Below are positions 36,460 through 50,852 of a stretch of 64,000 bases of DNA, piece after piece. Position 1 is the stretch's first letter. Each line of letters opens with the position of its first letter. Made by a program: the position numbers and the translations under genes. Origin of the DNA: Albugo candida (taxonomy: Eukaryota); assembly GCA_040437565.1 (NCBI GenBank), contig JBDOQK010000001.1, positions 496,001-560,000 on the forward strand, in the 5' to 3' direction. The notes under the pieces were generated by a model. The model ran no database searches. It had not been told where the DNA came from and worked only from the letters and a program-made list of their open reading frames with translations.

Positions 36460-37620
36460 ATGAATTCAAGGAGACGGAGTAGCGAGGAATCATTTTCACG
36501 TATTTTGCATTCGACTCAATCAATAGACTTTCATGAGTGGAATATTGAGTCTCTTGATCGCGCACTGGATTGGGCAAACGCGGTAGATGCGTCCGATTCC
36601 ACGACCAGCAAGTATGCATTAGAATCTAATTTTCTTAATTCTCTGCTGATGCCCAACGAGAGTAGATCAGGCACGGAGAGATTAGTTAGATGGATTATGC
36701 AAAGCGCGTACCTATCAACGCACCCAATGCGATCAGAAATTTTGCAAACGCTTGTACAAAAAGCAGCAGCGCAATTTGGAGCGATGAAAGTGCTGCGATC
36801 ATCGCTTATACGGTTTGCTTGTATCACTTGCAGTGAATTATGACGAGGGTGATGTGTCGTTTAGTGCAATGAATGATAAATCCAGGAGCTTGAAACTCGA
36901 TTTCTTGCTAGAGCAAGTACGCGTTCACAGCCAGTTCACCGAGCTTAAAGGTGCATTGAGAAAACTAATTACGATTGACAAGCTGTTGCCAATTTGGATC
37001 CACAGTATTATTAGGGGACGAGCGTGTTAGGATAACTTCTCCAGCAAGCTATTTCCTACTTCAAAGAAGTCTCCAGTTTGCACGCTTTGGAGACTGCATC
37101 TTAAAGAACATAAACATAGCTCTCGGGCAGTCGTTGGAGACTTATCACGATATAATGAAGAAGTTGCGATGCCATTTTGATCAAAATGGTGAATTCAAGG
37201 TGTGTCAATTACCTGCTTCTATTCACGAATCCTCAGACATTTGCAGGAAGTAGTCGCGCTTATGCTGTTATCAGAAAACTCCTCGGCAGATATCGTGAAA
37301 CAGGACATCATGAGCCTCTTCCGGGACTGGATCATCGAGAAACCCACGAGATTTTGGAGTTTTGACCCTTGGTTATCGGCTTCGATTGTAAATGAAGACT
37401 CTATTCTTGCTGAAAGCTATGTTGCTCATCTTTTTAGTTATGGACGCATTATGAAAGGCAAAATACCACTCTTTTTCATCCTAGTTGGTTTATCTAAGCT
37501 TCATTTTGTTCAGACTTCCAAACAAGGGTTGGAACACTTTTACTCAGTAAGTCTGAGATTAAAGATGTGGTTAGTGAGCACCTACGGAGAATGCATTTAT
37601 TGCGTACCGAAAGTACTTGA
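36460..37620 (+). CDS. Fanconi anemia group F (FANCF)-like protein, multi-exon
   Basis: N-terminal FSRIL..T.S..FHEWNIESLDRALDWA resembles FANCF F.ELL...W....VRRALQWA; C-terminal LSASIVNEDSILAESYVAHLFSYG and DFQTRVGTLL..SEIKDVV. Exon junctions are partly inferred, including a proposed GC-AG intron at 37458-37513. Confidence 0.6.
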
Positions 37621-37733
37621 GCAAGCAGTCAGCGAACGGAAGAGCCGCGGAAATAAAATATGTTTGTATTGTTCAAAACGCTGCTGCTGCTTGTGTGCTG
37701 TGATTTTGACGTGAACGGAAGATTGATGCTGAT

Positions 37734-39054
37734 TTAGTCGGAAACCCCGTCCGTGGCCAGAAGATTTCTGGCCATGTAGTAGATCGAGACGAGAGAAATG
37801 AGTTGGAGTTTTTCAGATGCGCCTGTGGCTAATCGGTGTTCCAATTTAGCAAGCTCATCGTAAATAAAGTGCTGACACTTTGCCGGCAAATCTAGTTCAG
37901 TTGTATTGTGGTACACTTCTTTCATGATATCCGTCGTAGCGTAGCCTTTGGTCATTTGGATCGCTTGACATTTGTCAAAGGCGTCAGCCAATGAGTCATT
38001 CCACAATGAGTGGCAAATAGTTGCTACGTCTTCAGGTACTGGGTTGCCTGTGCATAAATAAACATTTTCCTCGTTCACTGTTGTATACGCAAGGGATGCT
38101 GCTTGAAGGATGTTCAGAATACGACGCATGTCACCCTTTCCAAGTTGCATCAATGCGTCAAAGCCTCCATCGGTCAAATTAATTCTATACAAGGAAGTTC
38201 AGCCTGGCAATTACTCAAAAATTCCAACACAAAGCTTTGCGAATTACTTTTCCAAGTCTCTTATTTGTTTGACCCGATCTCCAACCTGTGCCACATCTAA
38301 AGGTGCAAAACGGAATCGCATGCAACGGGACTGGAGAGCTGGTATTATTTTGCTCACGTAGTTACAGATCAGACAGAATCGCGTGTGTTTTGTGTACTTT
38401 TCGATTACTTCGAAATAAGAACGTTTTGTGAGCAAAATTCCATCGACAAATGAGCCTTGATACCTCGACGCAATGAAAATTGAGCATCATTTGTCATCGA
38501 GTCTGCTTCATCCAAAATGATCAGTTTGGAACCTGAACTACCAAGGTAAAAACAAGGTAATACAAGCTTCACGTGAGTTATATCCTCGCAATGTACACAT
38601 AGACACGTCAAGATCTTCTCACCTGAAAAGCTTTTTCGTTCCAGCAAACTCTTTGATTTGATTCCTAACAACGTCTATCCCTCGATCGTCGGATGCATTC
38701 AGCTACAGCGACTAAGATCAATCATAATGCGATACATAGTGCGTCCGATAGTACCTCCAGAACCATCGAGCTGAAATGCTTCCCATAGATCTTTCTTGCA
38801 ATTGCAATGATCATTGAAGTTTTACCAGTTCCGGGTGGTCCATAGAATAAAAGGTGCGGGAGTTTCTGCTTGTCTACGAGTTGATTAATAGTCGACACGA
38901 TCTCTTTATGGGCAATTATATCGTCCAATGTCGACGGTCGATACTTTTCTACCCAAGGCCATGAACTAGTGTCCCGAGCATACGAGGAAATACCAGCAAA
39001 TTCTGCTGTTCGGATCGATTCATCGTCTACAATCGACATGGTGATATCCGTCAT
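37734..39054 (-). CDS. RFC5: Replication factor C small subunit (human RFC5 / yeast Rfc3 type), multi-exon
   Basis: [96 protein letters not shown]. Confidence 0.95.
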
Positions 39055-39869
39055 TATTCGTGTGGTTGGTACTACCGAGAATTTTGTAGGCAGAAACAAC
39101 TGATTATTTATGGCAATATATAAGTACATAGAAACGTCGATCTCGAAACTGATGCAAATCCACAATTTATTGGATATAGATCAATAGGCCAAGATTTGTA
39201 GCCAAGATAGTTCTTCGTGATTGGAAGGCTCTGATACAAAGCCAAGCTTTTCCTACTTTACGCTTGTTCTAACCTTGGTTGTTGCACGCCCTTTTTTGGT
39301 AACAGCTTTTTGGTAACACAGCGATCTCACGCCTTCCCTTATAGCTAGCTAATTAAATCTGTAAATTTGAAATACGTGCAAGGTCTATCATCTTATCCGA
39401 AAACCTGACTTTCACTTGATGTGGAATTTCGGAACGTGCTTCTTTATTCGGTATTACATTGAGACTCCAAATCTGGAAGTATGGTGGTTGAGCTCGTTGA
39501 GTATGCTCCTAAAGTTGACCCGAGCTTATGTTGAGTTACCGCTTCTCTGTAGCTGGTCGTTTTTTCGCGGTTAAGCAGCTTGGCTTTGATGTCATATATT
39601 TATTTTGCTGTCTATTTTGTTATTTCCCAAGGAGGAATCGTATATTCCGTTGCAGTAATGGAGCCACGAAGTGAGATTGTAGTCGCTATATACCCTTCCT
39701 CTTTGGAATAGCCCAAATCAATCCCGAGTTGTGACATCAACCGCTGATAGAGATCAGTCTGACCGTACGGTCTGTTCTGTGAATCGATTGCGTCCAAGCC
39801 TCAGCTCAGTCTCCATGGTAGCGTAAATTTCAACAGTGTGTGCATTGTCATACATCATTCCTAATTCAT

Positions 39870-42800
39870 ACCATCATGAAAAACTCAGCGAATTATGTTC
39901 CCATGCGTCTACGACCGCGATCAAAAAAACATAACAGGGATGATTTGTCTCGAGCCGGAAATTCTGACACTTATTCGAGATTGCAGCGCATAGATGCAAT
40001 ATGTTTGTACAATATGTTTGAGACAAGCTGCCTTCTACGAGAAATCTCTGGCAATAGAGGAACTGGATAGCCATTAAAAAATATCATTATGAGAAACCTT
40101 TGTGTGGGTACAGTGCAGTGTTTGAAGGAGCGGTGGACCGTTATTGTGGAGAGCTTGAAAGTGCAATAAAGAAGAAAGGTAGATTCCTTTGCTCATTGAT
40201 ATACGTTTGATAGAGAAATAAGACTCCAGAAGGAGTGAGGAAAAAGCTGATCATATGGGATGCGGAAAACGAAACATCAAATAACATTCCAGCGTGTGGC
40301 TCCTTCCAATGTTGCTTTACGAAAACTATACGAGGACCTCGATGATGTCAGGGAAAATCAATATAGACACCAAAAGCGGTCAAGTTGGATAATGAAAAGG
40401 ATCCTACCGACAGCACAACGGAAGAGAAATTGTATGAAGCGAAAAAAGAAGGCCCCCAGTCGAATTAATTGAGGAGTTGCTTCGGATATTTTCGTCTGAA
40501 AATTGTAACAGATTCGGCAGTGAAGGTGTTCCGACTTTGTCTTACTATAAATCTTCTACAAGCATTTCAGACAAAAGGTTCGTCGATTGCTTGACTAATC
40601 GACGTAAAGTCCGTGTATTTGAATTAGAGCAATCTTTTACGAAAACTAGAAAGAGCCCCCGCACCAATACTTAGAAGAATGTCAGCCCAATTTGTTGCGG
40701 GATCGCATGCACACATCACAGCGGGCAAGGAATGCATCACATCATTACAAAGTATGGACGATAGCGAGTGGAGCTTAATGATTTCAGGCTTCGCTGACGG
40801 TGTTGATGCAGAAGCAGANNNNNNNNNNNNNNNNNNNNNNNNNNNNNNNNNNNNNNNNNNNNNNNNNNNNNNNNNNNNNNNNNNNNNNNNNNNNNNNNNN
40901 NNNNNNNNNNNNNNNNNNCTATAAATCTTCTACAAGCATTTCAGACAAAAGGTTCGTCGATTGCTTGACTAATCGACGTAAAGTCCGTGTATTTGAATTA
41001 GAGCAATCTTTTACGAAAACTAGAAAGAGCCCCCGCACCAATACTTAGAAGAATGTCAGCCCAATTTGTTGCGGGATCGCATGCACACATCACAGCGGGC
41101 AAGGAATGCATCACATCATTACAAAGTATGGACGATAGCGAGTGGAGCTTAATGATTTCAGGCTTCGCTGACGGTGTTGATGCAGAAGCAGAAGGATGTG
41201 TAACCATCCCTCTTGTAGCGACGATTGCCAAGCATATGGCATTCTTGCTTGTGGAAGACGTGCTGTATGTCCCAGAAGATGTTTTGGTTGCAATTTTTTT
41301 CTTGCCTGAACCAACACTTGAGCAAGGTTAACAAATAACCTGGGATAATGATCCTCGTTTCTTTGAAATGAGTAGGGATGGGACAGGTGTAATTCGAAGA
41401 CAATACGACAATCATTTATGGACAGTACGGATGGAGTCGCTGGAATTAATTTCTTGCACGAAAGACTTGTACGTATTTGCCCAAAGAATATTCAGCTAAA
41501 GGGTAATCGCGGCATGGGTAAGGTTATAATGCTCAAGAGCTAAAGCAAAATTGACGATGCGTATTGTCGCTTTAGCAAGCAACGAAGGAAGACGTTTGGC
41601 AGAGAGCTCTTGACAGACAGATGGCTAGTAAACGATGTTATTTTTTCGGACCTGCTTATTCTTAGAATAAACAATGGATCGACTTATCTGCTGCTCTTGA
41701 GACCATAATGGAGGGGAGGGGGTAGTCCACGCCATTTGTAAGGTTTCTTGTTAAAGTGTGAGACGGAAGGGAAGTGAATGGATACATGAAAATTTACATG
41801 AAGTGGGTGAAGAGTTCTACACAGTAGGGCAATGGTGACTTGGTATTGGTATTTCAAAAAGTGGCTTAGGGCACATCAAGTTCGGGTCAAAATGTGTCTC
41901 AGCTCAGCTTATTGGAGCAAAATCATCTGGCGTTGATCAGATGTTGAAGACGATGATGCATCTGACTGGACTTTCTAGTTTTTTCTGGGTGCACGGGCTG
42001 GCGAATACTGTGTTACGTCAAGAGCCGTGTATAATGAAAAGGCGCAAGATGTACACCATACGATGCCATAATTGGCCTTTAAACAGGACATCCGTCAACT
42101 GCGAATGTTTGGTTTCTAAAGCTATTACATGTTACAATCTGAGCATGAACTGCAAGTGGCATTTTCTTAGGCTGCTGCGAAAACATTGGCTGTTGCCACG
42201 TATACTTCCTCAATGGAAACAGGAATGGTTCCATTTTGGATTTGGAGATCAATAGATCCATCAAAGGTAAGGACCGCGTGGACCTACATCCTCAAGGATG
42301 GCTACAAGACCTTCGATGAGTTTCTCTAAGAGGGGTGATCTGATGATCATAATGAGGACGAGCAAGTCATTTTTTCTCAACTAGCCGAATACGAAGCTTA
42401 ATCCGAAGAGTGTACGGCTAGGCGAAGGATAAGCGGGAAAAGATTATCTGTTGATATTTTTGGCGCAGAGAAACGTACTGGGAACATATAATACAAAGCA
42501 CTGCCATAACTGTACACAGAAATTAGGACGAGAACTCAGAAGAGCAATGTTGGCGAATGTGATGAAGCTCAGAGCAAGTGAATCATATGTGATGAAGCGG
42601 TAAATACATCTGTAAATGATTAATAGATTGCTGAAGCTGAAAGAAATGACGAGAGACATAATTGAGAATGACAGTCTTGGTAGTGGATCTGAAAATCATC
42701 TCGAGAAATCGGGACGCTGAGTCAGTTGATCACGTCCCGTCTGATCACAATGAACGATGCCGCAGACGATCTGGCTGATGATGAATACATAAATGAATGT

Positions 42801-44906
42801 CGAACTGATTCAAGTCACCAGCGTGAGATAGAAGAACATTAAGAAAATGAGCGAATATGTACAATTCTCTCCAGAGAAGTGATTGGACATGAACCTATAG
42901 CAAATGTAGAAATTCGTCGTATGTGCGAAAGGAAGCCTATCTAGATGGCTGCAAAGCTATTGAAAGTTCCTAGCTCGCAACATGCCCGGTCCTCTCAGAA
43001 ATGAAGTACTAAATGGGCTCTAAGGCTCGAAAACTACAAGGTGTATTCAGCATTTGCATCGCCGTGGAGAACGTGAATTGCACTGCAGCAATAAGGCATT
43101 TAGAATTATCTGCGATCAAAACATGCACATTTGTGGCGCGACTGTATGGATACCTGAATTGCTGCATTGGAAGTCAACGAAGTACTGAGGGAAATCCCAG
43201 TGCAATGTGAGTCTTCAATGTAAAATAGACGACGTGGTTTGGCTCAAGGCCCGAGCTGTGGATAGAGGGGACAAGAAGAGGCCTGGCACCAAGTTCAAGG
43301 AGACTTTTTCTCATGTCGCACATATGGCCACATTCAGAATGTTTATTGCGATGTGTATCCTACAAAATGTCGCAATCTATCAGAGCTGCATCAACAGCGC
43401 TAATTTTGCATTTTCTGGAAGAAATCGAGGTCTACCATTGCAATAAGGAAGTAATGATATCCATCATTGACCAAGCACTTTACGGATTACGCCAATTAGG
43501 AAGAGAATTCAACATCAGAGTGTCGCGCTGTTTTGTTTATCATGGATCAAATCAATGGGGGACGAAAAGGTATCTTTATTTTATTGCCATCGTGATCGTG
43601 ATCACTGTGCTTCTCACGTGGACGACATCTTGTGTGCGACAACTAAATACGTAGGGTTTCAGAAAGAATGTTTGCGCTAAAAATCAAGGCTTCTTTCTTG
43701 TTGAGCACGCACGTGGGTGTGCAGGTGGAGCAAACTGACCATTCTACGAAGATTTACGAGAAAAAGTGCTGTGAAGAAATCATTCAGCGCTACAATTCCG
43801 GTAATGCTCATTCAAGAAGAATTCTGATGGAAACAAACACTCGTTTAACTGGGGAGGATACAGATGTGGATCATATCAAGAGCTTCTCGGCTCGTTGATA
43901 TACCCTGCTACATGTATTAGACCTGATATTGCATTATCAGTTGAGCAGCTAAGCCGCCCTACGTGCAGAATCCCACTCAGAAGCACATCAGTGTTGCCAC
44001 AAGGGTACTCAGACNNNNNNNNNNNNNNNNNNNNNNNNNNNNNNNNNNNNNNNNNNNNNNNNNNNNNNNNNNNNNNNNNNNNNNNNNNNNNNNNNNNNNN
44101 NNNNNNNNNNNNNNGTATTAGACCTGATATTGCATTATCAGTTGAGCAGCTAAGCCGCCCTACGTGCAGAATCCCACTCAGAAGCACATCAGTGTTGCCA
44201 CAAGGGTACTCAGACACCTGATGTGCACAAAAAGTCGAGACAATGTATATTTGAAAACAAGCAGCGAGTCAACGATTAGAATTGATCGTCGACGGTAACT
44301 GCTACGCTAACTGGTGGAATGACCCCGACGCATGCACAAGTGTTACCGAATCCGTGCACTGCCTTGCTATAGGTGCAAATTTCGTAGGCGTCCAGATACC
44401 AGGACATTATGACGGAGTCAACAGAAGAGGTAGAATATGTCACATCATGCCAAGCTTGTATGGTTGGACAAGGACTACGAAATGGTTCAGTTTAAGACTT
44501 CTCAAACGTCAAATCTCGATCTAGTTTTTTGAAAATAAGCAGCCGATGTCATGGTAACTAATCATCATAGAGCCGCACGATAAGACACATTGAGCTGCAC
44601 TGGCATTACGTTCCAGATCAAGGGAAGAAAGAAAATGTGCCTTGTAGTAGGTGAAGACCAATGTCAACCCATCTGATATCATGACTAAAAACACTCGCCA
44701 GTGAAAGGCTTGAATGATTGAGTTCAATGATCGGTTGACCAGAGCAGCAGCATCCCAAAATGACGAAGTAACTTCCGGGGAGGGCGTGTCAGAAACCTCA
44801 TGTACGTCGGGTGCAGCGGCAGCAAGTTGAACACGTCGTTTGGTGGAAGACAGCAACGTAGTACACGCGGATGTTTAAGGTATCCGAATTTACCTCCAGC
44901 CCAACA
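39870..44906 (+). mobile_element. Heavily degenerate Ty1/Copia retrotransposon
   Basis: Protease-region remnant (40679), integrase MLKTMM..GL..FW, RT WLKARAV.RG...FKETFS.VA, ALYGLRQ, IRPDIA, RNase H remnants, PPT GGGGAGGGCG followed by a candidate 3' LTR TGTCAG...CAACA (~44786-44906). No 5' LTR found; start is approximate. Confidence 0.8.
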
Positions 44907-46311
44907 AGTTCTTTCGGATGCGCGCGATTTCTATCAGAGCTTATCGAAATTTCTGATCTGGTAACACACCAACATTTTTACGTTGCTTGGCTTTTTTGGG
45001 CCTTTTGTGTAATTTCATGGAAGCAAAGGGACAAACGACATCATCTGTGCATGTCATGTGCTTATCACTAGCGATATATGGGAGAATGATGGTGTGTAAG
45101 TAATATACGAGTGCAATGTATCAAAATCATATTTCACCTAATCTTTGAGAAGGTTTAAGCGAAGAAATCATACCTCGAGTACCTAGCCAACACAAGAAGA
45201 TGACTGCTGATACATTAAGAGATACGTGGCAAAGAAGCAAACATGAACTGTTGTTAAAGCTATGATCATGAATAGCGAATAGATGCAAGAAGCACGATAT
45301 ACATCACTGAGAGCTTGCAAGTGGGATGTAGCATCAAGTTGTGCTAGGTATACTTGAATTGGAGACGTTCCCTTAATATGGGTATGGACACCAAGATAAT
45401 ATGCCTGAAAAGTTTCAGCCGGGTACATCGACGACTTTGGCGATTAATGAAGACGCACATATCACATTTTGTGCTGAATGATTCGCCACCTGCTTTATAC
45501 CCTCTCGCAAGCTCCTATGTAGAGAGGAACAGATCGTTTGGATTTGCTGCGGTGACAAGGAAAAAAGACGTCTTGACATAAAAATCGCTATTCACCATTC
45601 AGAAGGTTTGTAGGAACTGCTTCCAGTCATTCTCTAAAGGCGTGCCTTCTTGCTTCCAACAATTGGCTGCTGAATGAAGTGAGGCAAATGGATGGCCTCA
45701 TAGAAAAGGATGGGATGCAGATGCTCGACATCTCAAATTCTTGGCTACTTTCAACGGGACTCGTTTCCTCCCCTGAATTACAATGTAATTATAACTGTAT
45801 TATGTCTGCCAGACAGCAGATGCATAGTTGCTGAAGCCGCCCATGTTATAGATCCGTATACAATAGAGTGAAATTGTGCATGCGCAGACTAAAAATACGC
45901 ACATTGGAAATATTTATGTACTAAGGATGGCATCACGCATCTTGAATGCCGATGGATAGAAAAGCGGAACTGCCTGCATTTTTGTCTTCGAAATGATCAT
46001 TTTGATAAATTTGGCGAAGCAATGAGTACTTCCTGAACTGAGTCTCAAAATGCGTGGTCGCATTATCCAATGCAATTCGTCTTTCTTCTCAATGTCGGTG
46101 ATAAGTCTGTGTTGGGCTCAATTTTTTGAGCAGCGCTGTCCTTAGTATAAGAGTGCAGTGCAGTTCTGAGCTCTAGGGCGAGATTTCGTCAGGAAATTCT
46201 ACCATCTAACTCAAAGTTCTCTACCGAAGCAGCTCGTGTCGAGCCAAACTTGATCAAGTTCAAACTTTTCCAAAGAAACATTGGTATTCATCAGTCAACA
46301 TCCTACTTGAT

Positions 46312-48958
46312 TCAAAATAAAGAATTCAAAGCATCCTCAAACTTTCTCAAGCCCACCTGGCATTCTTCAGTAGACAGCGTAAGTGGAGGCATGAATCTTA
46401 GCGTTTCATATATGCTGGTTGTGAGGATTAGAAGCCCATTGTCGAAGCACGCTTTTGAGACACGAGAAGCAGAGCCCGCTGCAACAATCCTGTGATCAAA
46501 TTCGACAGCAATCATCAATCCTAATCCTCGAACGTCCTGTGAAAGCTGCTTTAGACCTCAAGTCCGTCTTGTAGGTACTGATACTATACCTTTATTGGAT
46601 ACTTTCCACTATTTTGTAGATTTCGCAGTCCATGAAGTAGCTCACTACCTCGCTCGCGGGCATTGGCTGTGATATTTTCACGATTCATCACGCTCTAGTA
46701 CACGGAAGAAATAGATATTGTAAATCATTCTACAGTCAACGCTCATGTCTAACCTGTGTCGCAATAGCTGCTGCACAAGATACAGCATTCCCAGCGTAGG
46801 TCCCACCCATGGAGCCTGGGGGCTACATATAAACGATATAAAATTGAATACAAAGCACAAGGAAAAATCAATTACCTGCATGTCCGTCAGTTCCTTACGG
46901 CTGACAAAGCCACTCAGAGGAAATCCGTTCGCGATTCCTTTGGCCATGACCAAAATGTCAGGTATGACGCCAAAATGTGTATCGATAGCGAACAATTCGC
47001 CCGTTCGACCAAATCCGCATTGAATCTACGACATCCACTATTTTGTCATCAATGTTGCGAACAATGAAGTTCGCATGTGAAACCTCGTCGGCTATAAGTA
47101 GTATATCGTTCTTGGTGCAGATCTCTCTCAAGCCTTGCAAAAAACTCTTGGGTGGGACCACATATCCACCTTCTCCCTATTTGGAGTGATNNNNNNNNNN
47201 NNNNNNNNNNNNNNNNNNNNNNNNNNNNNNNNNNNNNNNNNNNNNNNNNNNNNNNNNNNNNNNNNNNNNNNNNNNNNNNNNNNNNNNNNNTTCATATATG
47301 CTGGTTGTGAGGATTAGAAGCCCATTGTCGAAGCACGCTTTTGAGACACGAGAAGCAGAGCCCGCTGCAACAATCCTGTGATCAAATTCGACAGCAATCA
47401 TCAATCCTAATCCTCGAACGTCCTGTGAAAGCTGCTTTAGACCTCAAGTCCGTCTTGTAGGTACTGATACTATACCTTTATTGGATACTTTCCACTATTT
47501 TGTAGATTTCGCAGTCCATGAAGTAGCTCACTACCTCGCTCGCGGGCATTGGCTGTGATATTTTCACGATTCATCACGCTCTAGTACACGGAAGAAATAG
47601 ATATTGTAAATCATTCTACAGTCAACGCTCATGTCTAACCTGTGTCGCAATAGCTGCTGCACAAGATACAGCATTCCCAGCGTAGGTCCCACCCATGGAG
47701 CCTGGGGGCTACATATAAACGATATAAAATTGAATACAAAGCACAAGGAAAAATCAATTACCTGCATGTCCGTCAGTTCCTTACGGCTGACAAAGCCACT
47801 CAGAGGAAATCCGTTCGCGATTCCTTTGGCCATGACCAAAATGTCAGGTATGACGCCAAAATGTGTATCGATAGCGAACAATTCGCCCGTTCGACCAAAT
47901 CCGCATTGAATCTACGACATCCACTATTTTGTCATCAATGTTGCGAACAATGAAGTTCGCATGTGAAACCTCGTCGGCTATAAGTAGTATATCGTTCTTG
48001 GTGCAGATCTCTCTCAAGCCTTGCAAAAAACTCTTGGGTGGGACCACATATCCACCTTCTCCCTATTTGGAGTGATATTTGAATATGCAAATACAGTCGC
48101 TGCTATCTTATCTACCAAAATTGGCTCGATCAGTATTGCTGCTGTTTCAGATGGCGCAGTTTGTTGCTTGAGCAATACTTCCAACTGGTCCAGGCACCAA
48201 GCACTACAGAGTTCTGTAAAGCAGCAAGTAAGATACCAATATGCCATCACCGTTATGAATCGTTGATATATCACCGGGGTCGCTGATAGGTCCATGAATA
48301 TGATATGGAAATGGAGCCACAAATACTCCACTCATAAGCGGTCCAAAGCCGTTTCTATATATGGTCTTGCTCGTTGTCAAGCTCATGGCTCCAAATGTCC
48401 GTCCATGATACCCTCCCTGCGGCCAATTATGAAAATGTGACATACATGTTTATAATTTTCTCTACCTGGAAAGTAATAATGTTCTGCTTTCGAGTCGCGT
48501 GTCGTGCTAATTTGACGGCATTCTCCACAGCTTCTGATCCACTACGATGTAAGATATTTCACATCTCCCACCGTTACCGATTATAAGTAGGGTGATAATT
48601 ACGATGTTGCGAAAAAAAAGGAATTCAATCCTTTCGGCATATTTGGAAGTAAGGCATCCGTGAGGTCGAGCATCAAATTGTGATATCCAATATTGACCTA
48701 CGGAGATTGGCGAATTGATGAAAAAACCTGGAAAGCATTCATTTCATGGCGTACCTGAGCGTGTGTGAGAAGTGCAGTTTGTTCCTGAACAGCTTTTGTC
48801 ACAGCAGGATGGCAATGTCCAAGATTTGTAACCGCAATGCCGCTCGTAAAGTCGAGAAACTTTTTATCCTCACTATTCCAAATCCAGGATCCTTTTCCTT
48901 TTGTCATGATCATCTCTGACATACGGCCGATACCTCGTGCCAAATGCTCCTTGCCCAT
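46312..48958 (-). CDS. Class III PLP-dependent aminotransferase (4-aminobutyrate/acetylornithine aminotransferase-like), many introns
   Basis: [61 protein letters not shown](V/I)[44 protein letters not shown]. The ~790 bp repeated across the 47191 gap is an assembly overlap. Confidence 0.92.
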
Positions 48959-50852
48959 GATTCAGTATGTTGTTGCCCAAGTTTCAAGATATTCCGCGTC
49001 GAGTTTGTAACCAATTGGAATGCAGCGCGTACCCTCTCCACGTACGACACAATGAACGCCTCCCCTTTATCATACACTTCCATAACGCATACCCTCTAAA
49101 GCTGTGACCAATTCGAGACGCTACTTCAACAACTCATAGGTTCAAAACTGACTTACGTATTTGATTTCAATGTGCATTCCGCTATGCAGTGTGTAGCGTC
49201 AGCGTATTCGTCCGTCACTTACATTCCGTTTGGACGCCATTAGCGACACAAATATCTCCGTTTGAGGAATATTTGAGTTCTCGATGGCATACATGCGCAA
49301 ATGAGCTTGTTTTCGTGCTATGTACAGCGAGTCAAGGAATCGAATTGCTGTCATTTGAAAGAAACGGAATGTCTGCTTATAATGAATTGTGGAGGTTTAA
49401 TAACATACCAAACATGCAGTTTGGAGTGTTAAGGGAATAACGTAAGTCATCTCAAGACGAATTATCTGCAGCGATCCCCTGAATATCTATGCTCGCATTG
49501 CGTGATTATTTGAGTCGTCAGTCACTCATCCTTGCTGTTTACTCGCCCATGATTACGCTATAGGGGTGATGGAAAGTGTGCCGTAAATAAAATCCCATAG
49601 GCTTCTTCGGTCCCGTAGTGGTACAACACGACTTGTCCCATCTATAGAAGCACCTTTAAGTTGTACCTCGTAATTACCTATCCAGCGTGTGTTTATTTAT
49701 CCCTATGAAGCTGTAACCTGACATTCTCAAGTCTGAGTAATCGCGTTACATCTACTCTAGTCTGATTTGTGAAACCTGAGTCCTAATGGATCCAATATTT
49801 GGTATTATCTGTCAGTTCTGACAAAAAAGAGTGTTGAAGCAGCTCCTTTGCAAGGCTAAAATGAACACGATCGCCATCCTGTGCGCTACAATTTTCACGA
49901 CGGGCTAGTTTCTCTGGAGGAAGATAATCAGAAAAGAAGGGTATATATTATCGCTGAATATCGTGGAATGTTTGTGCTCGCAATAAAAAGAACATGTTTT
50001 TGGTGTGACATAAAACCAATCGCAAAACTCTACCCTTGTCGAAACAATTACGACAGATCTTGAGCTGGAATCGAAACTTGTTTGTTAACATTGTTGGTAC
50101 GATATTATTCAGTAAATGTTGGCGATAATTTATACAACGGTTCATCAAATGCCAACAGAAGCACTACAAGCTAAAAGCTTCTATCACAAAGTTCTTCGAC
50201 TGGAAAAACTGCATCGAGTTGATGACATGAAGATGTAATAGAGGTGCAAGATATCTGAGCCTGGCACGAATCTCCTGGTCTCGACAAGTGTCAAGCGTGA
50301 AGCGTAATGCGTCCAGTTTAAAGTACCGCAGACAAATGTGTCTTCGGAAAGGTGACCATATAGTTTGTAATCGTGCAGTATCAAATCTTCGGGCACATTC
50401 TTCTGGATTCGAGCTTTCGGGTAGTGAATATTAATTATGGATAGCGTGAGTTAACTTCAGAACAACTTCTAGAGGCCACTAAGCTAAAGTTTCTTCACAT
50501 CCTACAGTGCAAGACACTTATAATCAGACCATAAATTCCATGGATAAAAACTTGTTGAAAGGGAACGAGAACCTGCACACGAAACGGTCCAAGGTGCGAC
50601 TGACGACACAACCGTTTTTGTTTTTGGTATAATGCAAGTCATCTATAATCTGTAATTATTATTTTTTGCGGCCAAAATTGAAGAATCATCAATTATAAAC
50701 CGTCAACGAATATGATTGGCGTAAATTCAAAAACCCCAATACCATTCCAACAGCTTTTTCCCCAATCACATTTGATCTTGATACCAACCATCCTGCTCAT
50801 TTGACAATAAAACACATTCCTATTTTTCTGCCAGCCCATTGATCTAAGCAGC

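Noticed and set aside
45183-46210. Minus-strand gene with a C-terminal TM segment
   Set aside because: All frames are interrupted by stops; no consistent splice model or recognisable motif.
46404-48076. Apparent tandem duplication of the aminotransferase 3' half
   Set aside because: Identical ~790 bp on both sides of the 47191-47290 gap: assembly artefact.
49948-50400. CCG/CHxC-type effector (CRNC motif)
   Set aside because: No signal peptide, motif spacing does not fit, and the frames are fragmented.
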